From NCBI GenBank assembly GCA_951406725.2, contig OX597826.1, positions 32,178,001-32,242,000 of the forward strand: DNA of 64,000 nt, written 5' to 3'. Every line of letters starts with the position of its first letter. Position 1 is the stretch's first letter. The translations under genes and the position numbers were made by a program. Shown here one piece after another: positions 26,419-39,965 of this stretch. The notes below the pieces were generated by a model. That model saw nothing but the letters and a program-made list of their open reading frames with translations, was not told the DNA's origin and ran no database searches. Source of the stretch: Octopus vulgaris (lineage: Eukaryota).

Positions 26419-28294
26419 TATACACATACACACACACACACACACACGCGCACACACATATATTTATAATATATAATATTGTTGATGTCACAAGGATATA
26501 TAAACTTTCAAGTACATGTGAAATAATTCTTTCTTAGAATACTGACCCTTGAAGCATATCATATAAAGCTATAAATAATCCTTTCTACTACAGGTTCAAG
26601 GTCTGAAATTGTTGGGGTGGGGGGGGGAAGGGACTAGTCGATTACATCGATCTCTGGGTTTAGTTGGTACTTATTTCATCGACCTTGAAAAAAAAATTAA
26701 AGGTAAAGTTGGCCTTAGCACAATTTGAACTCAGAACATAAAGACAAGTGAAATGTCCCTAACCAATTTCCCTGGAATGCTAATGAGTTTGCCAGTTCGC
26801 TGCCTTAATAGAATATAAATATTAGATTGTGTCTTTGTGTTTGTAGCCCACTATCACTTAACATCTGGTGTTGGTTTGTTTATGTCTCTGTAAATTTTAA
26901 CTTAGCAGTTCGACAAAAGAAAGCAATAAAATAAGTATCAGACTTAAAAAATAAGTATGACTATTGATCTGTTTGACCAAACTCTTCAAAGTGGTGCCCC
27001 AGCATGGCCACAGTCCAATAACTAAAACGAATAAGAGATAAAATATAAAGAGATTGAAAATCTCTTTCAACTTCTTTCTATTTAACTGATATTTTGTGAT
27101 ATTTCCAACACCATTATCAATGCTTTAGAAATGCTCTGATCTTGAATTAACAAAATGGTTCTCTACCTCTTGTATCATTAATGGTGTTGCCCTATAGTCA
27201 TAATAAGGACCTTGAGCTTTAACCCTGAATGTAATTGAATTAAGTTCCCTATCAATACAAAAGGAAGGGAAGTTACTTTTTTTTAAATTCTTACTCTTTG
27301 ACTGTGAAACTGATACATTTCTTACAAAGAAAGAAATGTATACTACAATGAAGAAAAGAAAGAAAAAAGACCCAAATACATAAACTAATAAAAAGAATAA
27401 CAGAAAACAAAAAAAAATGAAAAATATGACAAAAAAAATAAAGGATAAACCAAGAAAGAATAGAAGAAAAATCTTTCTTCTATTTTCTTGAGTATATATG
27501 TTGGAAAATATTTAATCTCTTGTGTATTAAATCAGTTAAAAAAACACGCAAAACACAAAAAGTAATAAAACAATGTTAACAAATAAAGAAACAAACAAAA
27601 GCCAATGAAAACAAACAATCAAAGCATTACAATGACATTGTTAAAGATGAGGTGAAATAACAAAGGCAAACAGAAACTAAAAGTAATAGGAGTAGAAAAT
27701 AGTAATAAAAGAAAACTGATAAAGAATGCCAACAGCCGTAGTAGTAAATTCAATGACAATAGTATAAGGCAAGAAAAACAAAAACCAAAAGAATCAAAAC
27801 GAAAACAAACCCAAACAAAACAAACCAAACAGAAACAGTAGTAAAATGAAACAAAATACATGCATACTGCTCTCTTTGGAATTAGGGACTTCCAGATAAC
27901 ATTACCCATCATATAATCACTAGAAGTTTTTATGAAACTGGATTTCCTGTAAAGAACAGCAATGGTACTTCACAAAAGATAGTTCTTTCTTTCATATTAT
28001 TGGATTTCATTCAACTGATCGAAGATTTCAAATAATTTGCTTTATTGCAATCTGTGGGAATAAGAAAGAAAAAGCTAAAACTACCACAGCAGTAGTTGTA
28101 CTTTGACTTTTCTTCCCATCTTATCTTTACATTTATTTATTTTCTGTTTGCTTTATTTTCTACTTTGTTTTGTTTTGTTTGTTTGTTTTCTGCTTTATTT
28201 CTTTTATAACACTTTCTCTTCTACCATATTGATCTAAAATTCTCCATAACAATCCTAACCAATACTTTTTTTAGTATCATGTATATACAACAAC

Positions 28295-28363
<69 letters not shown>

Positions 28364-28436
28364 TCACATACACATACATATATATATACATATATATATA
28401 TATACACACACATGCATACATTCATACATACATACA

Positions 28437-28472
<36 letters not shown>

Positions 28473-28477
28473 CATAC

Positions 28478-28541
<64 letters not shown>

Positions 28542-28832
28542 TGTGTGCAAAACATCATCAGCTTCTTACAGTCTGGATTTTTTATCATTTACAACAATGT
28601 CTCTGATTCAACCAGTTATTCTATACACACAAAATTCACATTAATATTAAGTCAAAGTATACAGTATTATAGATCCATTTCAGCTGATATTGCCATTTGA
28701 TTTTGTATTGGGTATTAGATAACTGGATATTAAATAATATTATGGTTAAATAACACCACGTGCTCTTCAGAAATATCAAGTATGGAAAAAGAAACTAGCT
28801 TATGTATTCTTCAATGACTCTCTCTTTCCCCT

Positions 28833-28878
<46 letters not shown>

Positions 28879-29339
28879 CACACACTCAGTGCAACAGTAC
28901 CTATTTTGTATTCATGTATACTTATTTTATTGATAGCTGTTTGTTGAACTGCTAAATTATAGGACATAAGCGATAACACTAGTGAAAATGTAAACACAGA
29001 CAAACAAACCCATGTGCAGGTAGACATATACTCACACAAAAGCAAACACACATACACACACAATACTACACTGAGAAGAGGACCACAGTTGCTTGATTGG
29101 GGGTCCATATGAAATATAATGATTGCTAGACACTTGGTTTGCTTACTTTTAGCCAATATCTTATATTTAACGATATTATTGAACAGAAGGGAAATGCTGT
29201 TTCCAAGACAAATATACAAAATTTGGTTCATCTGTACTTCCAGAACAAGGGATGTTAGTTAAGTCAACTCAATTCTTGCATACACCACATGAAAATTTAG
29301 TGATTTTTCTGGCTTGATAGATGTGTGTGTGTGTGTGCA

Positions 29340-29574
29340 TTACCCCATCTGAATCCAACTCACCTGAGTCTACCCCTGGTTCTATGCTACAAACTTAATC
29401 GTGTGAAGTGGTCTAAAATTAAAGTCTTTGTTCAAAATTTCTGTTAATTTATGTTTCCAAAGGCTACCAGCTAAAGAATGGCAAAGTCCTTTTACTAATT
29501 TTTTCATTTTTTTCCCCAAATCACTTGAAACCAAGATAGCATATTTGAACAGAAATGTGGTAACATATGGGTTA
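29340..29574. mobile_element. Diverged relative of the piggyBac-type MITE
   Basis: ctggttctatgctacaaac...acagaaatgtggtaacatatgggttaa aligns with 17350-17535. Confidence 0.5.
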
Positions 29575-30251
29575 AAGAAGATACAAGCCTTAGACAAGTA
29601 TTATAGACAAGTATTATAAAGAGAAAAAAAATTGCTTGAGATCGTTTAAACCCTTTGTGTTTTGTTTATAGAGCGACCTTTAGAATGGTTTCCTTTATGT
29701 TATGATTTCTTTTCTGTTCATCCTCATAATATTATGTATATTCAGGCAAATAGATTAGTCATTAATCAAATCTATTACATTCTGTGATTATTGTGAAGAA
29801 TCCAAAAATGATTTCATGATTTAATTTATTCAATTACACAAGACAAGAAGATATTTGATGGATGGAAGTCGGTTATTATCTGAAAACTACAGTACAATAT
29901 TCTAATATTCAGTACATTCATAAATAACTATAATTATATTAGTGACCAAACAAATACCTTTTATTCATGTATTTCGTTCAACGTCGTTCTAGACTTATTT
30001 TTGTCTGTTACTATCATGAAAACTTAGACTCTGTTATGTTAACAACATTTCTTTTAGGCGTGGGAAGGCTGTGTACTTATGAAGTTTGCTTCCCAACCAC
30101 ATGATCTCAGCTTCAGTTCTACTGCACAGCATCTTGGGCAGGTGCCTTCTACTTTAAGCCCAGTCTGACTGGTGATCAAAGCTTTTTGGATGCATTTCAT
30201 GGGTGGCAACTGTCTGTCTGTCAGTCTCTATGCATGTAATGTATGTATAGT

Positions 30252-30570
30252 GAGGGCGCGTGGCTTAGTGGTTAGGGCATTCGGCTCATGATCGTAAGGT
30301 TGTGAGTTTGATTCCCGGCGACGCGTTGTGTCCTTGAGCAAGACACTTTATTTCATGTTGCTCCAGTCCACTCAGCTGGCAAAAATGAGTTGTACTTGTA
30401 TTTCAAAGGGTCAGCCTTGTCACTCTCTGTGTCATGCTGATTATCCCCAAGAACTACGTTAAGGGTACACGTGTCTGTGGAATGCTCAGCCATTTGCACG
30501 TTAATTTCACGAGCAAGCTGTTCCGTTGATCGTATCAGCTGGGACCCTCGTCGTCGTAACCGGCGGAGTC
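30252..30570 (+). mobile_element. CORE-like SINE family C, well preserved
   Basis: gcgtggcttagtggttaggg A-box, gagtttgattccc B-box, tgtgtccttgagcaagacacttt CORE-like motif; CpGs retained. Confidence 0.9.
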
Positions 30571-30879
30571 TATTTTTTAAATGTATGTATGTATGTATTT
30601 ATACATGCATCTATTATGAATGCATGCATGTCTGTACTTATGCATACATGTATGCATGTAATGTATGTATGTATGTATGTATATATGTATGTGTGTATGT
30701 ATGTATGCCTGCATGTATGTATGCATGCATGTATGTACATGACAGGCTTCTTTCAGTCTTACAAATCTAAGCAAGATGGAACTTCGAAGTCACTGTTAAC
30801 ATTTTCTGTGTAAAGGTACTCTATTAAAAGAATGTAGAGTAATCCTTCAATTTAAACATTTACATTGCTTTAAATTGTT

Positions 30880-30923
<44 letters not shown>

Positions 30924-30925
<2 letters not shown>

Positions 30926-31112
30926 AAAAGTTTACGACAAAAACAAAAGATGAAAACAGGTGGTGTACAAAACAAACAGATGTATTAGTATAATGCTCAG
31001 GAATAGAAAAAGTCTTTTACGTTTCGAGCCTACGCTCTTCTACAGAAAGGTACACAGAAAAAACAAGGAGAGAAAAAAGTGTGTGTAGTGGCTAATGATC
31101 TATCATGGTGAC
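30924..31112 (-). mobile_element. Short hammerhead-bearing element, family H2, in (TA)n
   Basis: TA tracts on both sides; homologous to 14497-14699 and 48902-49100. Confidence 0.75.
31014..31049 (-). ncRNA. Minimal type I hammerhead-like motif (A6U variant)
   Basis: Reverse complement: cttt CTGTAGA a gagc gtag gctc GAAA CG TA aaag; stem I cttt/aaag, stem II gagc/gctc, palindrome ACGT, GUA triplet. Confidence 0.65.
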
Positions 31113-32088
31113 ATATATATATATATATATAAAGTGCTAAGAATGCGTATGTTTGAAAAGGTTAATCGAAAGTGCTCACACACAAGAACAAAATCTTTTT
31201 CCAGAAAAACATCCTGATAAAAGATATTACAACTTTTTAAAAAGCTAATTAAAACAAAATACCCCCTTCATACTTAAAAACTATATTAAGAAATTTTTCA
31301 CAAAATGTGGTTGGCATTTGGAAGGGCATCCAGCTGTAAAAATCATGCCAAAACAGACCCAACAGCCTTGGGTAGTTTTTCTACCTGGCCAGCTCCTGTA
31401 AACAATCCTACCCATGCATGCATGGAAAATGGACATTAGATGATGATAATGATGATGATGGTGCTGATGATATATATATACATATATATATATATACTTT
31501 ATTTAAAGCAGCAGAAAATTCAACAAAACCTGTTACTCTGAGTTTCACGTTATGTGTGTGTATATGTTTTGGCGTTTAAAAAAATATTTATATGTGTGAA
31601 AGAAAATGTGTTTGTGTATGTTTGAGTGCATGTGTCTTCTTTTGACATGATGTGAAAGTTGTAGATGAGTGTCACAGATAAACATGCAGTGTCATTCATT
31701 TCCAACCTTCTGTGAAAACATGCTGGCCATTACAAAGTAATACTTCGTTAGGAAACTAGTGAGGGCTGGTAATACGAAGAGCTTCCAGCTGCAGAAAATC
31801 TACCTCAATGAATTCTATGTGATCCATGCAAACATGGAGTAAAAAATGGACATTAAACAGATAATAATGATGATTATAATGATGATTATGGTGATGAAGA
31901 TGACGACAGGTGTATGTGTGTATCTGAGCATCTGTGAGTTTTTTTGTATTTGTGTTCTCATAACAGTTGGTGTAGGTATTGTTTTTCACACACTTTGTGC
32001 TTTTGTAGATGTGTTAAATGAAAGATCCTTTGCTTGAAAAACAAGAATTAATTGTAAGAAGTGAATCCAGCTGTAAAAATTAATGTCC

Positions 32089-32149
<61 letters not shown>

Positions 32150-32549
32150 TTGTTTTAACCTATCGAAGCATGGAACAAATGGACCATAAAATAAATGAGT
32201 GAATGAAAGAAAGAATAAAGTCTAGAAGAAGGAGCATAGACCATGATCTTCATGGACTCTCCAAGACCAATGAGCCTGATTCCATTGATGTTCCATTTAA
32301 AGTGTTGCAGAAGGACATCTAATGCATTTATTGCTCCACCAATCCATTGTTTTGGATTGCTTTTTTTTTTTTTATTAAGCCCACCGAATCTTAAGAAGTA
32401 GAACTTCTCTTAACATGATTTGAACTTAGAAAACAAAGAGCAGTAGCAGATATCACAGAGAATTTTACTGAATGTTCTAAGAATTTTGTCACCATCTATA
32501 TCAGGTAAGGCAGTAAGAATTACATTTGTTACAATATTTTGATCTGGCT

Positions 32550-32985
32550 ACAGTGGCAAATTGGCAATATCATTAGTGCCTTGGGAAAAATGCTCTGCAG
32601 CTTTACATTCAGAGTTCTTCTTGCTTTAAATTCAGAGTTCAAATTCTGCCAAGATTGACTTTGCCTTTCATCAATTCGGGATTAACAAAATAAGTACCAG
32701 TTCATCACTGGGGTCAGTGTGATCAACTTGACACTCCCTTTGAAATTTCTGGCCTTGTGCCAAAATGTGAAGCAATCATTAAGGTGGCAAGCTGCTAGAA
32801 TTATTAGCATGTTGGCACAAAATAGCCAGTAGCATTTCACCAATCTGAGTTCAAATTCTACCAAGGTCGACTTTGCATTTCATCCTTTCAGGATCGATAT
32901 AAGTATCAGTTAAGCTCTATAGTCGATGAGATCAACTTATCTCCTCTCCTAAAATTTCAGGCCTTGTGCTTATAATAGAAAGGAA
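32550..32985 (+). mobile_element. Tandem pair of SINE family B copies
   Basis: Two successive gagttcaaattct...gactttgc.tttcatc...ggccttgtgc units. Confidence 0.75.
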
Positions 32986-33532
32986 AAAAATGGCCATCAT
33001 GGATCACTAAGAGGGTAGCCAGCTATATTATTGCACTTAAGACATTGAAACACGATAAGACATTGAAAACATGATCACAAATATGTAATAAATATTGTGT
33101 AGATGTTATTATGAACATTGACAAATAAAGAAGAGGTTTTTGTTAGGATTTATAAAATCCAGAGAATTCTCTTGTAGTATTTATAAGACATGCATAAATA
33201 TTAAAAATACAAAATGAAGAATATTATGCAATGACGGATCTTTTGCGAAGTGTTTGTTATCAATCAAGTTTGACTTCAAAGATCAATCTGTCACTTAGTA
33301 TCAATGTTTATTACCTTGACCATGTGGTTAGATCTTCAGATAGTTATTGTATTTAACAGAAAATAAGTTATAGCAGTATACACTCCATTAGAGATGTGGC
33401 TTACATAGATTTTAGCCTTTGACATCTTTAAAAAGAAATGTCAAAACTAATTCATATTACTTAATATATCTCTGGAAAAGCTTATACATATCTGTGTGCG
33501 TGTTTGTATGTGTATGTATGTATATGTGTGTG

Positions 33533-33576
<44 letters not shown>

Positions 33577-33855
33577 TTTGTGTGTGCATATGCATTCGTG
33601 CATATATGTGTATATATATATGTGTGTGTGTATATGTATATATACATGTCTGTATGTATAGATATATTCCTATGCACAATATATATCTATACCTTTATAA
33701 GTGTATGCAAGTATGAAGATAAAGATATTGATACAGATATATATCTAAAGCTACATGTATGAATGTATGAATGTATTTATTTCTCCCTCTCTCCTGATCT
33801 TTCTCTTTCTCTCTCCGACTCTTTTTATAAATATATATATATTTTATACACACAA

Positions 33856-33913
<58 letters not shown>

Positions 33914-33918
33914 ATAGG

Positions 33919-33959
<41 letters not shown>

Positions 33960-34137
33960 GTATGTGTATATATAAGTTCACAGCTGGGGAACTTGGTTAT
34001 AATATCTACATCAGTTTTATTGTCTATAAAAAAGGACTAAGCACAGTGATTTATGATCTAAACTTCAAAGAAGACAATACACCCTTCAACATCATCATCC
34101 TTATCAACTATTTACTTTATTAACTCTTTTTTTTCAG

Positions 34138-34164
34138 ACTGGTTTCAAAGACAAAGAGACAGAG
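34138..34164 (+). CDS. Candidate 27-nt microexon
   Basis: ttaac branch-like motif, t-run cAG acceptor, ag|GTAGGA donor; length is a multiple of 3 and all three frames are open. Confidence 0.35.
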
Positions 34165-34423
34165 GTAGGATTGTGGCAGTTAAGAAGGAATTTTGTAAAT
34201 ATTTTGGAATATTATGAACATTATATTGTTTTATATCAGTGAAATGGTGTGACAGTCACAATGGCTACATGAATGGGATGTCCATTTAACTGAAAATTCT
34301 TTAGCTTGACACTAGCTTGTATCTTCTCTAGCTGACATTCTGTCTCAAATATCTCAGATCTATTCATTTAGCAACTGAATGAATAAGACCAGGGGAAAAA
34401 AAACAAACAAAAAAGATATAAAA

Positions 34424-34927
34424 CAGTGATTAGCAATCATTTTTGTCTATGGACTCCTTTGATTACTACTTTATTCTGGTTGATCCCCATAATCATTCGA
34501 TGTTTAAAAACCAGTTTTATAGATGCTTCTTTCAAAATTCCTTGTTTTGTTTATGTTTTGTTTTTCAACTCGTTGTTTGAACTATATAAAATGTCAGAGA
34601 TACGAAACTTAGTTGTTTCTTGCACTATGAACATCTAAAGCAAAAGTTTTTCACAGACACTTAATATAATACCATGGGTCTCCAATCAACTATTTCGCTT
34701 GTGTGGACACTCAAAAGTTTTATATTGACCCAGGTTGAGAACCACTGGAACCATTCATGGGCAACCTGTGGGCCATGGGACTTTCTGAATGGTATACCTA
34801 ACAAAAAAATTGCCTAGAATCTTTTAGTAGAGTGGCCCACCTAATGATGACCCATGTCTTATGTGGCCCGCCTGATGATGAACATGTCTTATGTGGCCCA
34901 TTTCTTGAAAAAGGTTGCCAATGCCTG
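34424..34927. mobile_element. Two adjacent degenerate hAT-like MITEs
   Basis: cagtgattagcaa...ttgagaaccactg (34424-34747) and catgggcaacct...aggttgccaatgcctg (34756-34927). Confidence 0.5.
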
Positions 34928-36730
34928 ATATAGACAAAGTACAAACAGGTGAGTTGTTTACAGTAATAAGTTTGAATCTTGTTGCAATGGAATAAAATAG
35001 GATTGAATCCTTTGGACAAACTCACCTGATATTTAGCAGTGCTTTTCTTCCCTTTTATAATCTGGCAGATTAAATTGAAAAGCCATTGTCATACAATAAT
35101 CTATAAAGGGTAAAGGCTTACAGGGGTGAAATGGTGGAATTGTCTGTTTCTAGTTTTCCATGGAAAACATGTCTGGTCAAGAGGAAATCTCATCTTGCTT
35201 GGAAACAAGGGAATGTTGATGACAGGAAGGGCATCCAGGTGTGGAAAATCTGCATTGATGAATTCTGTCTGATCCATGCACAGATGAATGTTGAAATAAT
35301 GATGATGATGCTGATTAGCACATTACACAAAGTGCCTTGCAGTATTTGTTTTGGATCTCTAGGTCCTGAGTTCAAATCCTGCCAAGGTTAACTTTGTATT
35401 TCTTCTGGGGTTGATAAAATAAAGTGTTAGTCCAGACTAGACTAGACCAGACTAGTGAATTGATCGAAGCTTACATCAATGAACAAAATGTTTAGTGGTA
35501 TTTATTCCAGTTCTTTAGTTTCTGAGTGATCAGGTTTGTGTAGCAAGATTGTTTGTATGTAGCTGATAAAATGGAGGTCTTATAAAAAAAATAGAAAAAA
35601 CAAAACAAAACAAGAAAAGGCAGTAAAAAAGCCTTTATAATCTCCTATGAAAATTCTACAACAAACACATAGTTCTTGCCACTAGGAATCGTTCTTGATT
35701 GCAGGAAGAAAAGTCAGCTAAATACCTTTGTCCAAATTGTAAATGTTGTATCTGAGAGATTTAAGATGTTTTCCTTGATTTAAACTTATCTCCTTTATAA
35801 AGATGCAGTGAAATATATCGTTTACAAATAAAGCTTAGTATGTCTTCAGCTAAGTCAACACTGCTGCAGACATTACGATCAATTCTCCTAGAGTGAAAAT
35901 AATCTGTGGGTCATGATTTTTCCTACCTTTCTTGCTCCTCCACAAGCCTCAGACATATTATGGACACTAGTGTCTCAATACCTAGGACTCATAGAAATGG
36001 TCACCTGGTTTCCATGATATAGAAGTGACCAAAATTAAAATATTCTTCCTGGACAAGAGACCAGTAAATTGCGGGACAACTGAGTGAAATGGAACAAAAT
36101 GAAATGTACAATTCAATAATACAATATGTTGCTTGATCTGGGAATTGAAACCATGATCGCGCAATTACAAGAGCAACTCCTTAATCACTAGGACACACAC
36201 ATCTTCAAACAAAACTCAGAGTCTTATAGAATTCCATCTGTACTGTCCTTTCTTTGATCAAACCATAAAAATGAGGACTCGAAGTAACTTAAGTCTACCA
36301 AAATTCTATAAATCATATAGAGAGAGGGAAATTCTCTTTGAGTTTGCAGTCAATATTTAATTTCTATATAATCTGTCAGATTTCTGAAGAATGTCCTAAA
36401 TACACACATTTTCTTTCTTTCTGTTTTACTGCCAACCTTTCTGTGTCTCAACCAACACAAATTCTCTGTCCTTTCAAATCTAAATCTTCTGCTGGCAGCA
36501 ATTAAATTAAGAAATAAATTTTAAAATAAAGCTATATGTAATAAACTATATGTAATTTATAATTGGCAATCAATGCATGCACACACACACAAACCTATAT
36601 AAGGCAGATAAAATTATGACTAAATATAGATATCTAATATATATATATATATAAATCAATACACATACACATTTATATACCTACATAGAGACACAAGCAT
36701 ACACGTATATCTATGCATGTCTGTATATAT

Positions 36731-36761
<31 letters not shown>

Positions 36762-36798
36762 CACATGTGAATATATATGTGTATATATATATATAAAT

Positions 36799-36861
<63 letters not shown>

Positions 36862-36873
36862 CATATATATATA

Positions 36874-36913
<40 letters not shown>

Positions 36914-37532
36914 TATATATATTCTTATATATAAATATGTATATATATATATATACATGTATATATATATTTGTATGTATCTATGTATGTATGAACATAT
37001 ATATATGTGTGTGTGTGTGTGTACATGCACGCTTACACACACATGTGTATATCGCAAAAGATCAATAGAACTGACACAACATTGCTTCTAAATGTTAATT
37101 AACGCAGTTTTCTGTTCAAAATATCATTTAAAATGTAAAACACCATTTTTCTAATTTCCTTCCGTTTCTTCCTTAAAAGGTTGTCGAAGCATTTATTGAG
37201 CAAAAGCTATTGTCAACATAAGAATGTACTAATTGAGCTTATATTTAAAGCAAATTACTTTACACTCATTTGCTAATTAGAGTTCAGGCATTAATCTAGA
37301 TAAACAGTTCAGTGTAATTGCTGCAAGTTCTCTAATTAACTAGCTTTAAATGTATTTCATAGATTTTTCCTTTCAGCAAAGAAATTATTTTTTAAATTCA
37401 TGTCAAATTCTGAGTGGAATCTTCTTCAATTTTATTAGTAATTATGGAATTATTCTGCAAACATATGTCATCAAATGTTCTTAGAAAAATTTAATGTAAA
37501 TTCTCGATTTATTAGAATATGTTTTTATTAGT

Positions 37533-37917
37533 CTGGCATTTAAAAAGCACCATTCGAGTGTGATTGTTGCTAGTGTCACCTTACTGGCACATGTGCTGGT
37601 GGCATGTGAAAAACGACATTCGAGCATGGTCGTTGCCACTGCTGCCAAACTGGCTCCCATGCAGGTAGCATGTAAAAAACACCTTTTGAGCATGGTCGTT
37701 GCTAGAACTTCCTGATTGGCCCTCGTGCCGGTGGCATGTAAAAGAACCCACTACACTCTCGGAGTGGTTGGCATTAGGAAGGGCATCTAGCTGTAGAAAC
37801 TTTGCCAGATTAGATTGGAGCCTGGTGCAGCCTCTGGCTCACCTGTCCTTAGTCAAACCGTCCAACCCATGCCAGCATGGAAAGCGGACGTTAAACGTCG
37901 ATGATGAGGATGATGAT
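37533..37917 (+). mobile_element. RTE-type 3' UTR and tail
   Basis: ~60-bp ggtggcatgtaaaaa repeats and conserved terminus ...gcatggaaagcggacgttaaac(gat)n. Confidence 0.8.
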
Positions 37918-38356
37918 TTAGATTAGATATTATATGACTCTGTTCCATGCTTTTGCACTTTTGCAAGTTGTTTTGGATGTCTAGGTAGTCACCAACAAAT
38001 AAACGCATCAACTTGGTCCCTGACCCAGAAGAACATCAAAGATGAGAACAGCTGGAGGGAAGGACAAAAGGGAGAGAGGGAGAGCATGACAGAGAGATAG
38101 AAACAGAGAGAGAGAGAGAGAGAGAGAGTGAGAGTCAACTTAGTGTTGGATTGGCCTCCACTTTTATCTGTGTAGATTGAATTCATATATTTATTTTTTA
38201 TAGTTGCATATGTTTCCTCAAGTTCATTGAGAAGTTTCTTACATAAAAAGTGTATTTGAAAAAAAATGACAGTATCAATAACAATGTCTGTTTAAAATGT
38301 AATCTCTTTTGTCATTGTGGTAGCTGTCATCGCCATGAATATAATAAATATCTATA

Positions 38357-38402
<46 letters not shown>

Positions 38403-38644
38403 TATATATATATATATATCATCATTGTTTAATGTTCATCTTCCATGTATGCATGGATAGGACAGTTGACAGGATCTGGCCAAGTATAAAAACTATCTTA
38501 GGTTACTCTTTCTGTTATCTATCTATCTAACTATTTATCTATATATATATATATATATATGCATGTATGTATATATATATATATATATATTTATTTATGT
38601 ATGTATGTATCTGTTTATATATATATATATATATATATATATTT

Positions 38645-38872
38645 CTTTACTCCCACGAGGGGATAAACATAGAGGAGACAAACAAGGACAGACAAAGGGA
38701 TTAAGTTGATTACATTGACCCCAGTGTGAAACAGGTACTTTATTTATCGATCCCGAAAGGATGAAAGGCAAAGTCGACCTCGGCGGAATTTGAACTCAGA
38801 ACGTAACGACAGACGAAATACCGCTAAGCATTTCACTCGGCATGCTAATGTTTCTGCCAGCTTGCCACCCTG
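38645..38872 (-). mobile_element. SINE family B, well preserved
   Basis: cgaaaggatgaaaggcaaagtcgacctcggcggaatttgaactcagaacg...ctgccagcttgccacc with CpGs intact. Confidence 0.85.
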
Positions 38873-39002
38873 ATGTATATATATATATATATGTATGTAT
38901 ATGTATACACACACACACACACACACACACACGTACATAAATTCTTGAAACATATTAAATTATGTATTAAGCAAAATATCAAAGATAGAAATATTTTTTC
39001 AG

Positions 39003-39073
39003 AAATTTAGAATATGGGATGCAAGCTTTAAGCAAACACTCCTTAGAACACCGCTGCTTAACTAGAGGAATCG
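39003..39073 (+). CDS. Candidate internal exon, unknown gene
   Basis: ttttttcAG acceptor, consensus g|GTAAGT donor; one open frame, NLEYGMQALSKHSLEHRCLTRGI. Confidence 0.35.
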
Positions 39074-39767
39074 GTAAGTTGATTGATGGGAAACTCTTGT
39101 TATGCAATTTTACTTCTGCCTAGAATCGTTTTTAGAAATATTGGTTACATACTTTTTATTTTTTTGAAGTGATGTCTATTTAACAATTTCGATTCTTTAC
39201 TGAACTCATTTACATCAATGGTTATTTGGAACCAGATGTGTTATTTTCCTTTACTTGTTTATTATGAAGATTTTCGAATTTCTGCAATTTAATACTTCTG
39301 ATAAATTGTCTTGAAAAGACAATATCTGTGACAGTATGTGACTTCCTACTCACATACATTATATATGTGTGTATATATATATATATTGCATACATATACT
39401 ATATTTATATTGATATATATACACTTTATATTAAATTATATATATTATACATTATATATATATATATATATATTTGTAAGTTCTTAAAGTAAATCAAATT
39501 ATATTAAATGAAGTTTTGTGTAAATACCAAAAAACAAAAAATACAAAAAGAAATTACTATTGATGAGTTTTAAAGCTTATTGTAAATTAAACATTGTTAT
39601 GAATAAAGTATTTCTAAGAAATATAGATGTTGATGCAAAACTCTGATTTTAGGGAGCTAAGGTTGCTATGTTTACGACTTTGTCATGAGAATCAGAAATA
39701 TAAATAAGCAAAATGAGCTTTTTCTCATATTTAGGGTAACTCTTAATACATACATAGATATACATAT

Positions 39768-39934
39768 ACCGGAGTAAGCACATAAAAGCACATAAAAGGT
39801 GGTAAAAAGAGTACTCAAATACCAGAGGTAGAGTAAGATGCTTTATTTAAAGGCAGCAGAAATATCACAAAAACTGTTACTCAGAGTTTCACGTTCCCAT
39901 TTGCCAGATAGTTTTGTTAGATTTCTGCTAATAG

Positions 39935-39935
<1 letters not shown>
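39768..39935 (-). mobile_element. Short hammerhead-like element, family H4
   Basis: Reverse complement of 39870-39915: aaaactat CTGGCAA atg ggaa cgt GAAA ctctgag TA acagtttt; truncated second copy at 31497-31550. Confidence 0.6.

Positions 39936-39965
<30 letters not shown>

Noticed and set aside
28255-28644. YIYI/HTHT/CVCV-type ORFs here and throughout the track
   Set aside because: Dinucleotide microsatellites lack stop codons; these are not genes
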